The position numbers and the translations under genes were made by a program. Under the pieces are notes generated by a model, which was given only the letters and a program-made list of their open reading frames with translations, had not been told where the DNA came from and ran no database searches. Positions 20,124 to 30,288 of a DNA stretch of 64,000 bases are shown piece after piece. The stretch spans positions 4,224,001 to 4,288,000 of the forward strand of contig OY776510.1 in assembly GCA_963675665.1 (NCBI GenBank), given 5' to 3'. This stretch comes from Spirochaetia bacterium (GTDB lineage: Bacteria > Spirochaetota > Spirochaetia > UBA9216). Numbering within the stretch: the first letter of the stretch is position 1; each line of letters begins with the position of its first letter.

Positions 20124-20977
20124 AAAGAGCCACCCGATCGCCTCTTGTGTATTATCCGAAAACAATCAGCGAATTGCTTGCTCTCTATAAATCCATGCCG
20201 GACAGCCTTATTTTTTCAGGCGGTACAGGTATACTGAGAAAACTTACGACAAAGTATCCCGAGTTCCCGGGAAATATATTTTATCTGAGAAGAATTGAAG
20301 AGCTTTCGGTTATCCGCAGATCCGAAGGATACCTTGAGATAGGAGCCTGTGCAAGGCTTAACAGGATTCTAGGTATTGGAGAGCATGTTCTTAAACCGGC
20401 GCTGTTTGCCGCCCTGCAGAGCATCGGAACCAGAGAAGTCAGAAACCTTGCTACCCTTGGAGGAAATATCTGCAGCAATGATCGCCGGAAAACACTTTTT
20501 CCGCTCCTGGCATTGCTTGACACCAGGCTTGAACTCAGAAAACACGGCGGTTCAAGATGGATAAATATCAAGAAATTCATGCTTCCCGATGAAGGTCTTC
20601 AGCAGGGAGAAATCCTTACAAGAATAAGAATACCGTTCAACAATTTTGAACACCAGTCATTTACAGTATCCGGCGACCTTAAATCGGATTACCGCAGTGC
20701 AATGACGTTTGCCTGTATTGCATCCGTGCAAAAAGAAGTTATAACCGGCTTGCGGTTCTCGGCAGGATTCGGAACAGACGGGCTGTTCAGGGCACGCGAT
20801 TTTGAAGATGCAATGGAGGGACGAAAACTTCCCATCTACGGACTCTCCGAAGATCCTGTCTATAACAAGCTTACAACTGCATTGAAAAGCAGAAATGAAG
20901 AATTATTATCGTTTCACAGACAGCAGATTGAAGGTTTGTTTCTCGGGTTCATGCACAGCCTTAATGACATGCTGTAA
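20120..20977 (+). CDS. XDH-family FAD-binding medium subunit
   Basis: SGGT, LEIGA, VRNLATLGGNI, GEILTRIRIP. Confidence 0.87.
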   Translation: MKRATRSPLVYYPKTISELLALYKSMPDSLIFSGGTGILRKLTTKYPEFPGNIFYLRRIEELSVIRRSEGYLEIGACARLNRILGIGEHVLKPALFAALQSIGTREVRNLATLGGNICSNDRRKTLFPLLALLDTRLELRKHGGSRWINIKKFMLPDEGLQQGEILTRIRIPFNNFEHQSFTVSGDLKSDYRSAMTFACIASVQKEVITGLRFSAGFGTDGLFRARDFEDAMEGRKLPIYGLSEDPVYNKLTTALKSRNEELLSFHRQQIEGLFLGFMHSLNDML

Positions 20978-21002
20978 TCAATACGTTTATGATCCAAATC
21001 AG

Positions 21003-21031
21003 TTGAAAAATTTCCGGTTACTAAGTATTAT
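21003..21031 (+). promoter_or_regulatory. Sigma70-type promoter of dnaE, probably leaderless
   Basis: TTGAAA-17 bp-TATTAT, 6 nt before GTG start; no SD. Confidence 0.6.
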
Positions 21032-21037
21032 TTTATA

Positions 21038-24000
21038 GTGGCTGAAATACCTGATTTTGTTCATCTTCATACGCATTCCGACTACTCATTACTGGACGGA
21101 GCTTCGTCAATAAAAAAAATGGTTGCCAAAGCCGTATCTCTCGGAATGAAGCACATAGGGCTAACCGATCACGGCAATATGTTCGGTGCGCTGCGGTTCT
21201 ACGAAGAATGCACGGCAAACAACATCAACCCCGTAATAGGATGTGAATTTTACGTCGCCCCGGGATCAAGGCTGGTAAAATCAGGCTCGGAAACCGGGAA
21301 CAAGTATTATCACCTTGTTCTGCTTGCAAAATCTGAAAAGGGATATAAAAACCTTATTGAACTCTGCTCAATCGGGTATACAGAAGGATTTTATTATAAA
21401 CCGAGGATTGACGACGAGATACTTTCCCAATACAGGGAAGACCTTATTGCTTCCAGCGCATGTATAGCAGGCGAGATTCCCCAGCTGATACTGGAAGGGA
21501 AAAAAGACGAGGCGGAAAAAAAATCCGTCTTTTACAATGAGTTATTCGGGGAAGGGAATTTTTATCTTGAACTTCAGGACCACGGAATTCCCGAACAGCT
21601 GAAAGCCAATGAGGAACTGATAAAGATTTCACGCAGAACAGGCATTCCCCTAATAGCGACAAACGACAGTCATTATATCGACAGGGAAGATGCAAATGCC
21701 CAGGATATCCTCCTGTGTATAGGCACCGGCCGGCATAAAAATGAAACCAACCGTATGAGTTTTGAAGGAAACGAGTTTTATTTTAAAACCCGGGAAGAAA
21801 TGTATTCAAAATTCAGTCATATCCCCGAAGCTCTTTCAAATACTGTAAAGCTTGCGGAAAAATGTAAAATAGAGATTAACTACCCCGGCCCGCTGCTGCC
21901 AAAATACGAGATTCCCGCCCCGTATGAAGGCCCTGCGGATTACCTTCGCGGACTTACATACCAGGGACTTGAAAAGCGTTATGCCGAAGTCACGGATGAT
22001 ATCAGGGCCCGCGCAGACTTCGAGCTGGATACTATCATTGATATGGATTTCCCAAGCTATTTCCTGATAGTCTGGGACTTCATTCACTGGGCACAGGAAC
22101 ATGATATCCCGGTCGGCCCGGGCCGCGGCTCCGGAGCAGGATCAATTGTCGCATACTCGCTGAAGATCACCGACATTGATCCCCTTAAGTACAACCTGCT
22201 CTTTGAGCGATTTCTGAATCCCGAACGTGTATCAATGCCGGACTTCGATATCGACTTCTGCTTCGAAAGAAGACAGGAAGTTATCGATTATGTAACGCAG
22301 AAATACGGTAAGGAAAAAGTCGGCCAGATTATTACTTTCGGTACGCTGAAAACAAAGGCTGTACTCAAGGATGTTGCCCGCGTGCTTGACATCCCGTTCG
22401 CCGAATCCGACCGGATTTCAAAGCTTGTGCCGGAAGACAGAAAGATGTCGGTTGATAAAGCCCTGGAGATGGAACCGGAACTCAAGCAGTTTGCCGAACG
22501 CGGCGGCGCTTTCAATGAACTTTTCGATACGGCAGGAAGGCTTGAAGGGCTTAACAGGCATGCATCAACTCATGCCGCCGGCATTGTTATCGGACAGAGC
22601 AAACTGACCGATTATGTTCCGCTGTACCGTGATAAAACAGGCGCAATATCAACCCAGTATACAATGGACCAGATTGAGCCCTGCGGCCTCGTCAAGATGG
22701 ACTTTCTGGGACTGAAGACGCTTACTCTTATACGTAATACTGAAAAACTCGTTCAGAAAAAAATCTCCGGTTTTTCCATCTCTGAAATCCCTGAAGATGA
22801 TGAAAATACATTCCGAATGCTCGGCGAAGGGAAAAGCACCTGCGTGTTCCAGTTTGAAAGCTCCGGAATGCAGGGAATTCTAAAAGATGCAAAACCCAAT
22901 TCAATTGAAGATCTCATCGCATTGAACGCGCTTTACAGACCCGGCCCCATGCAGTATATACCGCAGTTTATTAAAAGCAAAAAGGGAGAAATTCCCATCA
23001 CCTACCCGGACCCCGACCTTGAAGAAGTATTGAAACCTACATACGGAGTTATTGTATACCAGGAACAGGTAATGAAGGTTGCCCAGATAATAGGCGGCTT
23101 TACTCTCGGTAAAGCGGATATTCTCCGCCGGGCAATGGGGAAAAAGAAAGTCAAGGAAATGGAAAAGATGAAGATCGAATTTATCGACGGCGCAGTGGCC
23201 CAGGGCTACGATAAAAAGCATGCCGACGTTATTTTCGAACTTCTGGTCCCCTTCGCAGGCTACGGTTTCAATAAGTCGCACGCTGCAGCTTATTCGGTAC
23301 TTGCATATCAGACCGCCTATCTTAAAGCCAACTTTCCCGCCGAGTTTATGGCAGCGAACCTGACAAATGAAATCAACAGCCCGGACAAGCTGACTGAATA
23401 TATTTCGGAAGCCCAGGATATGGGAATAGAGCTGTTGGCGCCCGATATGAATCTTTCGGAAAAAAACTTCACGGTAGTTGATGATAAAATTGTTTACGGA
23501 CTGATCGGCATCAAAAATGTCGGAGACGCTGCCGTAGAGGAAATACTTGCACAGAGAGAAAAGGACGGACCGTTTAAATCATTTATAGATTTCGCCGAAC
23601 GCGTTGATTTAAAAACAGTCAATAAGAAGGTCCTTGAAACATCCATACAGACAGGACTGTTTGACTCGATGGGAATGAACAGGGCAAGCCTGATGCATAA
23701 CCTTGACAGAATACTTGAATTTGTCAGCCAGACCAAGGCGGACCAGGGAGTCGGCCAGGTCTCGCTTTTTGAAGCCCCGGAACATACCGAATTTCATTCC
23801 GTTGAGACGGAAGAAATTGACGAATGGCCCCAGAAAGAGCTTCTGAAATTTGAGAAAGACTTTCTCGGTTTTTATGTATCCGGTCATCCTATGGACAAAT
23901 ACAGAAAACTCTGGGAGAAATCCACAAACCTTGATCTGTCCAATACGGATCGGGCTACGAACAAAAAATCGTATAAAATACTGGGTATAATTAAATCAAT

Positions 24001-24460
24001 CAGATCACTGATAACCAAAAAAGGCGACAAAATGGCTTTTGCAGTGATTGAAGACTTCCGCGGATCGATTGAGGCCGTAATTTTTCCGAAAACTTATGCC
24101 GTATACGAACCAAGCCTGAAAGTCGATGAGGTTTACGGGTTTGAAGGAAAATTCGACAATTCGAGGGGCAGACCTTCATTCCAGCTCGACAAACTGATTT
24201 CACCCGAAGAATTTGAAAATAATACTGTCAAGGAATTTCATATCAGACTTAACGGCGGCTCGGAAAATGAAGACAACCTTCAGGATCTGAGAGAGACGCT
24301 GCTTCATCATACAGGAAGCAGTCCGGTCTTTTTTCATCTCAAGGACAGCAGCCGTGAAATAATTATAAAGGCATCAAACCAGATCCTGGTCGATCCGAAC
24401 AGCATGCTGCTGGAGAATTTAAAGACGAAACCGGAGATTTCGGATGTCTGGAAAGAATAG
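21038..24460 (+). CDS. dnaE: DNA polymerase III alpha subunit
   Basis: PHP HLHTHSDYSLLDG, GRGSGAGS, MPDFDIDF, KMDFLGL, GFNKSH, OB fold. Confidence 0.98.
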   Translation: MAEIPDFVHLHTHSDYSLLDGASSIKKMVAKAVSLGMKHIGLTDHGNMFGALRFYEECTANNINPVIGCEFYVAPGSRLVKSGSETGNKYYHLVLLAKSEKGYKNLIELCSIGYTEGFYYKPRIDDEILSQYREDLIASSACIAGEIPQLILEGKKDEAEKKSVFYNELFGEGNFYLELQDHGIPEQLKANEELIKISRRTGIPLIATNDSHYIDREDANAQDILLCIGTGRHKNETNRMSFEGNEFYFKTREEMYSKFSHIPEALSNTVKLAEKCKIEINYPGPLLPKYEIPAPYEGPADYLRGLTYQGLEKRYAEVTDDIRARADFELDTIIDMDFPSYFLIVWDFIHWAQEHDIPVGPGRGSGAGSIVAYSLKITDIDPLKYNLLFERFLNPERVSMPDFDIDFCFERRQEVIDYVTQKYGKEKVGQIITFGTLKTKAVLKDVARVLDIPFAESDRISKLVPEDRKMSVDKALEMEPELKQFAERGGAFNELFDTAGRLEGLNRHASTHAAGIVIGQSKLTDYVPLYRDKTGAISTQYTMDQIEPCGLVKMDFLGLKTLTLIRNTEKLVQKKISGFSISEIPEDDENTFRMLGEGKSTCVFQFESSGMQGILKDAKPNSIEDLIALNALYRPGPMQYIPQFIKSKKGEIPITYPDPDLEEVLKPTYGVIVYQEQVMKVAQIIGGFTLGKADILRRAMGKKKVKEMEKMKIEFIDGAVAQGYDKKHADVIFELLVPFAGYGFNKSHAAAYSVLAYQTAYLKANFPAEFMAANLTNEINSPDKLTEYISEAQDMGIELLAPDMNLSEKNFTVVDDKIVYGLIGIKNVGDAAVEEILAQREKDGPFKSFIDFAERVDLKTVNKKVLETSIQTGLFDSMGMNRASLMHNLDRILEFVSQTKADQGVGQVSLFEAPEHTEFHSVETEEIDEWPQKELLKFEKDFLGFYVSGHPMDKYRKLWEKSTNLDLSNTDRATNKKSYKILGIIKSIRSLITKKGDKMAFAVIEDFRGSIEAVIFPKTYAVYEPSLKVDEVYGFEGKFDNSRGRPSFQLDKLISPEEFENNTVKEFHIRLNGGSENEDNLQDLRETLLHHTGSSPVFFHLKDSSREIIIKASNQILVDPNSMLLENLKTKPEISDVWKE

Positions 24461-24469
24461 GAGGTAAAC

Positions 24470-25060
24470 ATGCAGATAGCTGCAAGAGTAATAAGCGCAA
24501 TACTTTCAGCGTATATGATAGTACTGATGATAAGGGTAATGCTTACATGGTTCAGAACAGCGCAGAGCAGTCAGCTTTATTATTATCTGGCGCTGGTAAC
24601 TGACCCGTATCTCAACTGGTTCAGACGATTTTCATCATTAAGATTCGGGATGATTGATTTTTCCCCGATTGTGGCTTTTGTGGTTCTCGGTTTCATAATA
24701 AATATAAGTAAAAGTATCGCCACCTACGGCACGATTACTGTCGGGATTATTCTCGCTTTGCTTATCAACGGGATATGGTCCATTATCTCTTTTATAATTA
24801 TTCTGGTTGTAATACTTGCAGTTATAAGACTTCTGAGCGCAACCGTTTTCCGAAGCGGATTTTTTGTCCAGATGGCGCCCGGAATTGACGCCGTCATTGA
24901 ACCGATCACATCATGGGTAAGACGAACAATCTTCCGGAACCGTTTTACACCGTACAATACCCAGCTTGGAGTAGCAATTGCGCTGTTGATCGTAGTTAAT
25001 ATCGCCGGAAGATTCCTCTTCAGTTACCTGACTCACCTGGTTGCCGGGCTTCCGTTCTGA
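24470..25060 (+). CDS. yggT: YggT-family membrane protein
   Basis: TDPYLNWFRR..IDFSPIV; duplicated YGGT repeat. Confidence 0.88.
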   Translation: MQIAARVISAILSAYMIVLMIRVMLTWFRTAQSSQLYYYLALVTDPYLNWFRRFSSLRFGMIDFSPIVAFVVLGFIINISKSIATYGTITVGIILALLINGIWSIISFIIILVVILAVIRLLSATVFRSGFFVQMAPGIDAVIEPITSWVRRTIFRNRFTPYNTQLGVAIALLIVVNIAGRFLFSYLTHLVAGLPF

Positions 25061-25067
25061 GCGGAAC

Positions 25068-27218
25068 ATGTTTCAGGGAGAATTGAAGCAGCCTGTCTCA
25101 AGACTGCAGGGCATAGGCCCCAAAACATCATCAATTCTCTCTGCGGCCGGAATTATTACAATAAATGACATTCTTAAACACTACCCGCGCACATATGAAG
25201 ACCGGAAAAGAATAACCGGCCTTGCGCCTGCGCTGCGATCACCTGAACCGGTGACAATAAACACGACAGCAAGAGTTATTGCTCACGATTTCTTCGGCAA
25301 GCCGCCGAAACAGACTTTAAAAGTAATTATAGAAGACCCTGAGGGCATCCCCGCTTCCCTTGTATGTTTCGGTCGTAATTTTCTCGCCGACAAGCTGACG
25401 CCGGGCTGCAATATTCTTATATACGGTAGTTTTCAGAACCGTTTTAATGAACTGCAGTCCGCAAGCTTTGAATTTGAACTTCTACCGCAGCAGGACCAGG
25501 CGGACAATTCTGCAACCATATCCGAAAAAGACCTTTTTGGTCATTCCAGGACATTCGGACGTATTCTGCCTGTCTACCCGCTTACAGCCGGCCTAAGCCA
25601 GCACAGTCTGCGGAGAGCTGTAGAGCATGCGCTCAGCGAATGGGCAACGAATGTGGAAACCGAAATACCCGAGAGAATCCGCAGGGAATACAGCCTTATG
25701 TCAAAACCCGAATCACTCAGTCAGATTCATTTTCCTGATTCGGATAAGAAACAAGCAGCTGCCGCATACAGTCTGAAATTCGAAGAACTTTTTCATTTCC
25801 AGTTTGCAGCTGTAAGAAGGGCTTATCTGCGAAAAAGTGTTCAGAAACAAAATCCGGTAATCACTAATACGGCTGATACAAACCGTCTGAAAGACCTTGA
25901 ACAGCGACTGGTTAATAACCTTAAATTCAGACTTACAGCATCGCAGGAAAAAGTGCTTGAAGAAATAAAAACCGATATAAATTCCGACCGACCGATGTCG
26001 CGCCTGCTTCAGGGAGATGTCGGCAGCGGAAAAACCCTGGTGGCGTTCATTTCTTCGCTTGTTGCTATTGCATCAGGCGGGCAGGTTGCATTTATGGCCC
26101 CGACAGAACTTCTGGCAAGGCAGCATGCCGATAATGCGGACAAACTTCTAACCCCGCTTGGAATCAGGATAGCCCTGCTTACCGGAAGCGTGAAAGCCGA
26201 CAAGCGCAGGCTTCTGCTAAGCGCGCTTGCCGCAGGTGATATTGATTTTGTAATAGGAACCCATTCGCTTTTCGGCGAAAATGTGGACTTCCGCAGGCTG
26301 TCGTTTATAATTATCGACGAGCAGCAGCGTTTCGGCGTTATGCAGAGACTTGCCCTTTCCGGGAAGAACAGCAGCGCCGACCTGCTCTTAATGACTGCAA
26401 CACCGATTCCAAGGACCCTGGCACTAACCGTTTTCGGCGACCTTGACGTCTCTACAATTTCAGAATTGCCGCCGGGACGTACTCCGGTAGAAACCCATCT
26501 TGCAGCTATCGGGAATGAGCGAAAAGTCTACGCTTTTGTAAAGAACGAGCTGCTAAAAGGCCGCCAGGCATACTTTGTATACCCGTTGATAAGTCCTTCG
26601 GATAAAATCGGGCTCAAGGATGCCGAAACCATGTTTGAGACCCTCAAAAGCAGATACTTCCGGGAGTTTGAAATCGGCCTGATTCACTCCCGGCTCGATG
26701 AAAAAACCAAAAAAGAAATGATGGACGACTTCAGGGCCGGGAAAATTCATATAATTGCAGCAACAAGCGTTGTTGAAGTCGGAGTAGATGTTCCGAATGC
26801 AACCTGTATGATTATAGAACATGCCGAACGTTTCGGACTCTCCGCACTGCATCAGCTCAGGGGCAGGGTCGGCCGCAGAAAACATAAAGCATACGCTTTT
26901 CTTGTTTACAGCACTGAATTGACCGAAACCGGAATAGCACGTTTGAAAATCATGAAGGAAAGTACCGATGGATTCTACATTGCCGAAGAAGACCTCAAAA
27001 TACGGGGACCGGGCAATATGAGCGGCCCGGAACAGTCGGGGTTCCTTCCGTTTACGATAGCCGACCTTAATACCGATTTCGAAATACTGAAACAGGCCCG
27101 TTCGGCAGCCGCTGAGCTGATAGAAACCGATCCCGGGCTGCTTTCTGCGGAAAACGGTACGCTCAGACGGCTGCTTGAAGTCTGCCCGCCCTTTTCAGAC
27201 GAATTAATCGGAGGCTGA
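25068..27218 (+). CDS. recG: ATP-dependent DNA helicase RecG
   Basis: LLQGDVGSGKT, APTELLARQH, IDEQQRFGV, MTATPIPRTL, HQLRGRVGR. Confidence 0.97.
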   Translation: MFQGELKQPVSRLQGIGPKTSSILSAAGIITINDILKHYPRTYEDRKRITGLAPALRSPEPVTINTTARVIAHDFFGKPPKQTLKVIIEDPEGIPASLVCFGRNFLADKLTPGCNILIYGSFQNRFNELQSASFEFELLPQQDQADNSATISEKDLFGHSRTFGRILPVYPLTAGLSQHSLRRAVEHALSEWATNVETEIPERIRREYSLMSKPESLSQIHFPDSDKKQAAAAYSLKFEELFHFQFAAVRRAYLRKSVQKQNPVITNTADTNRLKDLEQRLVNNLKFRLTASQEKVLEEIKTDINSDRPMSRLLQGDVGSGKTLVAFISSLVAIASGGQVAFMAPTELLARQHADNADKLLTPLGIRIALLTGSVKADKRRLLLSALAAGDIDFVIGTHSLFGENVDFRRLSFIIIDEQQRFGVMQRLALSGKNSSADLLLMTATPIPRTLALTVFGDLDVSTISELPPGRTPVETHLAAIGNERKVYAFVKNELLKGRQAYFVYPLISPSDKIGLKDAETMFETLKSRYFREFEIGLIHSRLDEKTKKEMMDDFRAGKIHIIAATSVVEVGVDVPNATCMIIEHAERFGLSALHQLRGRVGRRKHKAYAFLVYSTELTETGIARLKIMKESTDGFYIAEEDLKIRGPGNMSGPEQSGFLPFTIADLNTDFEILKQARSAAAELIETDPGLLSAENGTLRRLLEVCPPFSDELIGG

Positions 27219-27222
27219 CAGG

Positions 27223-27765
27223 ATGAGAATAACCGGCGGAAATTATCGTGGAAGAACAATTGCATGCCCAAAAGGCGTTATCAGGCCCGCAATGGACAGG
27301 ATGCGCGAATCGCTTTTTTCCATCCTCGGGGATATTGAAGGCTGCTCCTTTCTTGATTTATTTTCCGGATCCGGGTGCGTCGGAATCGAGGCAGCAAGCC
27401 GCGGTGCCGAGCCTGTTGTGCTTGTGGAGAAGGATTTTAAAAAGAAACCGGTTATCCTGAAGAATATTTCCTTTGTTGAGGAAGAAATCAGTCTGAAAAT
27501 GATGTCGGCGGAAAAATACATGAAAATTTGCGGCCGCCGCTTTGACCTTGTCTACATGGATCCGCCCTTTCCTATGAGCGGAAAAATCAAACTGGTTGAA
27601 CGCGCCTCGGAAGCGAAAATTCTTGAAGAAGACGGAACACTTATAATCCACTACCCTTCCGAAGAAAAATGGCCTGAGATAGTAGGAAATCTCCGGGTTA
27701 CAGATCGGCGTACTTACGGCAGATCCATTCTTCTGTTTTTCAGGTATCAGCAGGCCGGCGGTTAA
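27223..27765 (+). CDS. rsmD: 16S rRNA m2G966 methyltransferase
   Basis: MRITGG, RP..DRMRESLF, LDLFSGSG..GIEAASRGA, DPPF. Confidence 0.93.
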   Translation: MRITGGNYRGRTIACPKGVIRPAMDRMRESLFSILGDIEGCSFLDLFSGSGCVGIEAASRGAEPVVLVEKDFKKKPVILKNISFVEEEISLKMMSAEKYMKICGRRFDLVYMDPPFPMSGKIKLVERASEAKILEEDGTLIIHYPSEEKWPEIVGNLRVTDRRTYGRSILLFFRYQQAGG

Positions 27766-27771
27766 AAATTT

Positions 27772-28548
27772 TTAATCCTTCCAGGGATTAAGGTATCGGG
27801 GATACAGCTCCGGGTCAGCATATTTCCCCCTTATCAGGATTGCATTAACAGGACAGCGATTATAACAGCGCATGCATGCAGTACAGCTGCCGGCAAAGCT
27901 TAAAGTTCCGTCGACTTCGCTTATGCTGCCCGTTGGGCAATCGTCTACACACTTCGAGCATCTTATACACATGTCTGAAGATACGGATAGTTGTTGATAA
28001 TGATTTTTCATCCTGGTTCCGAACATCTTCCTTATGAATATTCCGGCTGCGAGATATGGCGCTGTTCCGTCAATATGTTTTTCTTTTTCCAGTAATAACT
28101 TTATTTTTCTGTTTATTTTTCCCTCAATATCATCTTTCATGGAAACCCTAACAGGAAGGCTAACAACCCTGCTTTTAAGTTCCGGGGTTGTAATATTATT
28201 AAACATCCTTATATTAAAATACCATTTAATATTTTTATTAACGCGTTTCCTTTCGGCAAAATACCCAAGCGCATTTACATAACCGAAGGTTGAAATAATG
28301 ATTCTGATCTTATTCTTTACCTCAATGTTATAATTTAGAAACTCAGCTACTATTTCCGGCATATCGGCGCCGTAAACAGGATGCGCAAGCCCGATCAGTT
28401 CAAACGAAGAGATATCAGTCACGGACGGCCGTTTTTCAATGTTAACCGCCTCAACAGTATGATTGCGTTTCTCCAGTTCGCTTTTTATATGCTTAACAAC
28501 CCATTTTGTATTGCCCGTTCCGCTGAAATAGAAAAATATTATCTTCAT
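27772..28548 (-). CDS. EFR1-family flavodoxin + 2x[4Fe-4S] ferredoxin
   Basis: YFSGTGNT; CIRCSKCVDDCP; CTACMRCYNRCP. Confidence 0.88.
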   Translation of the reverse strand: MKIIFFYFSGTGNTKWVVKHIKSELEKRNHTVEAVNIEKRPSVTDISSFELIGLAHPVYGADMPEIVAEFLNYNIEVKNKIRIIISTFGYVNALGYFAERKRVNKNIKWYFNIRMFNNITTPELKSRVVSLPVRVSMKDDIEGKINRKIKLLLEKEKHIDGTAPYLAAGIFIRKMFGTRMKNHYQQLSVSSDMCIRCSKCVDDCPTGSISEVDGTLSFAGSCTACMRCYNRCPVNAILIRGKYADPELYPRYLNPWKD

Positions 28549-28652
28549 CCGTGTTATTATCCATTATACCTTCACCGGTGACAAGATTATTTTTCGGTTG
28601 TATTCAGGGCACCCTGAAGCCCGGTTATAATGAACTTCAGGGCAGTTAAATT

Positions 28653-29495
28653 TTAAATTATACCGGAAACGGCAAATGTCACGTTTTTACCGTTCCATTG
28701 ATCCGTTTCCGCAAGAACATCATTATTAAATGAAATAACCCTGAGATTCTGCTCTTCAAGAATTGCCTCCAAATCATCGTGAGAAAAAAAGTGAGTCCAG
28801 AAATGGTAAGTTCTATACGGTTCCTGCTTATCAACAACCAGATGCTGGTATAAAACAACTTTCTTATCAGTATATATTCTGGAATTATAAAGATGGAGAT
28901 ACGGATTTTCGCTCCAGAACCCGGATTCTTCAAAATCCCAGGTCCTCTCAGGTTTCTTTTCAGAAAATGTCAAATCATTCAATACGTCAAAAATAAAACG
29001 TCCGTTAGGTTTTAAGGCGGCCCTGACCCTTTTCAGCAGAAGGCTGCGTTCCATCGGTGATAATACGCCGAAATCAGTATATATCATGATTACCAAGTCA
29101 AATTCGGATTGACCGAAATCCAGTTCAAGATAATCACCTTTTATATAGGAAATATCTGTTTGGCTTTCTTTAGCCTTTAACGCTGCATAATTTATTGATT
29201 CACTGGATATATCAATCCCTGTTACCTGATGGCCGAGCTCCGCCAGTCTCTGCGAATACAACCCGGGACCGCATCCCAAATCAAGAATTTTCATCTTCTT
29301 CTCATAAGACTTAGACAACAACCAGTCAATTGTTGTTTCAATGGATGATTCTTTCCTGCTGGCCAGATCAATTTCTTTATCAAGATGAACTTTCAACAGC
29401 TGCTTTGATATATATGGATCAGTCCACATAAAACTGTTGCCTTTTGCATATAATTCAGGCTTTGAGAAGGCCTGCATCATTTCATATATTTTCAT
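28653..29495 (-). CDS. Class I SAM-dependent methyltransferase
   Basis: ILDLGCGPG, GIDIS, IYTDFGVL. Confidence 0.9.
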   Translation of the reverse strand: MKIYEMMQAFSKPELYAKGNSFMWTDPYISKQLLKVHLDKEIDLASRKESSIETTIDWLLSKSYEKKMKILDLGCGPGLYSQRLAELGHQVTGIDISSESINYAALKAKESQTDISYIKGDYLELDFGQSEFDLVIMIYTDFGVLSPMERSLLLKRVRAALKPNGRFIFDVLNDLTFSEKKPERTWDFEESGFWSENPYLHLYNSRIYTDKKVVLYQHLVVDKQEPYRTYHFWTHFFSHDDLEAILEEQNLRVISFNNDVLAETDQWNGKNVTFAVSGII

Positions 29496-29656
29496 AAAAA
29501 TCTCCCCTGAATCGGAAATTAACCGATTCCTGTTCTGAGTATCGGTATTAAATAAAACTGAGAATTTGGTATGGAAGATTCTTATTCGTTCATAATACGA
29601 TATTTTATTATTCCGGCATAATTGTCAAGTGGCTTAATTACCCACATTGATGCCGG

Positions 29657-30271
29657 TTATTCTTTGCTGAAAGCCAGTCTGGCTGCAAACCCGATCAAAA
29701 CAACACCGAATCCCTGCTGGATACGGTGAGTCAGCCCGGGTGATTTGATAAATAATTGCTTAAAATAATTCGACAGCACCCCGTACACAATAAAAACCGC
29801 CAGCGTTAATCCCATAAAAACCAGGCTCAGCAGAATCATATGGGAAATATATTTCATATTTGAGCCGTTTATAAACTGGGGCAAAAACGAGAAAAAGAAC
29901 AGGGTAAGCTTGGGATTCAACAGATTAAGCAGTACACCCTTGCCGATAATTTTCAGATAACTTTCATTATGGTCTTTTTCATCTACCTCGATTTTATTCC
30001 TGCTGGTTAGCAACCCGAAACCGAGATAAAGCAGATATAACACGCCGACGATTTTGATTATCTGAAATATCTGTGCGCTGGCATGCAGTATTGCCGAAAT
30101 TCCGAATACACCTGCAGTCAGATGAGGAATTATACCCAATGTACACCCGACAGCAGCTGCAATACTGTCTTTTCTGCTTCCCGCCAGTCCTGTCGAAACA
30201 GTATATATAACGCCTGTTCCGGGAATTACAACAACTATCAATGATGTAAGAATAAATCCCAAACTAATCAT
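29657..30271 (-). CDS. LysE/RhtB-family exporter
   Basis: PGTGVIY, YLLYLG, NLLNPK..FF..FLPQF. Confidence 0.9.
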   Translation of the reverse strand: MISLGFILTSLIVVVIPGTGVIYTVSTGLAGSRKDSIAAAVGCTLGIIPHLTAGVFGISAILHASAQIFQIIKIVGVLYLLYLGFGLLTSRNKIEVDEKDHNESYLKIIGKGVLLNLLNPKLTLFFFSFLPQFINGSNMKYISHMILLSLVFMGLTLAVFIVYGVLSNYFKQLFIKSPGLTHRIQQGFGVVLIGFAARLAFSKE

Positions 30272-30288
30272 TTTTTATCACTCCTGTT

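Noticed and set aside
21038-24460. Intein or split dnaE
   Set aside because: Normal length, contiguous motifs, no splice signatures.
28603-28655. ATTTAAC followed by CCCTGAAG..CTTCAGGG hairpin, considered as an integron attC
   Set aside because: No matching GTTRRRY end, no recurrence between other genes and no intI; more likely a terminator-type hairpin.
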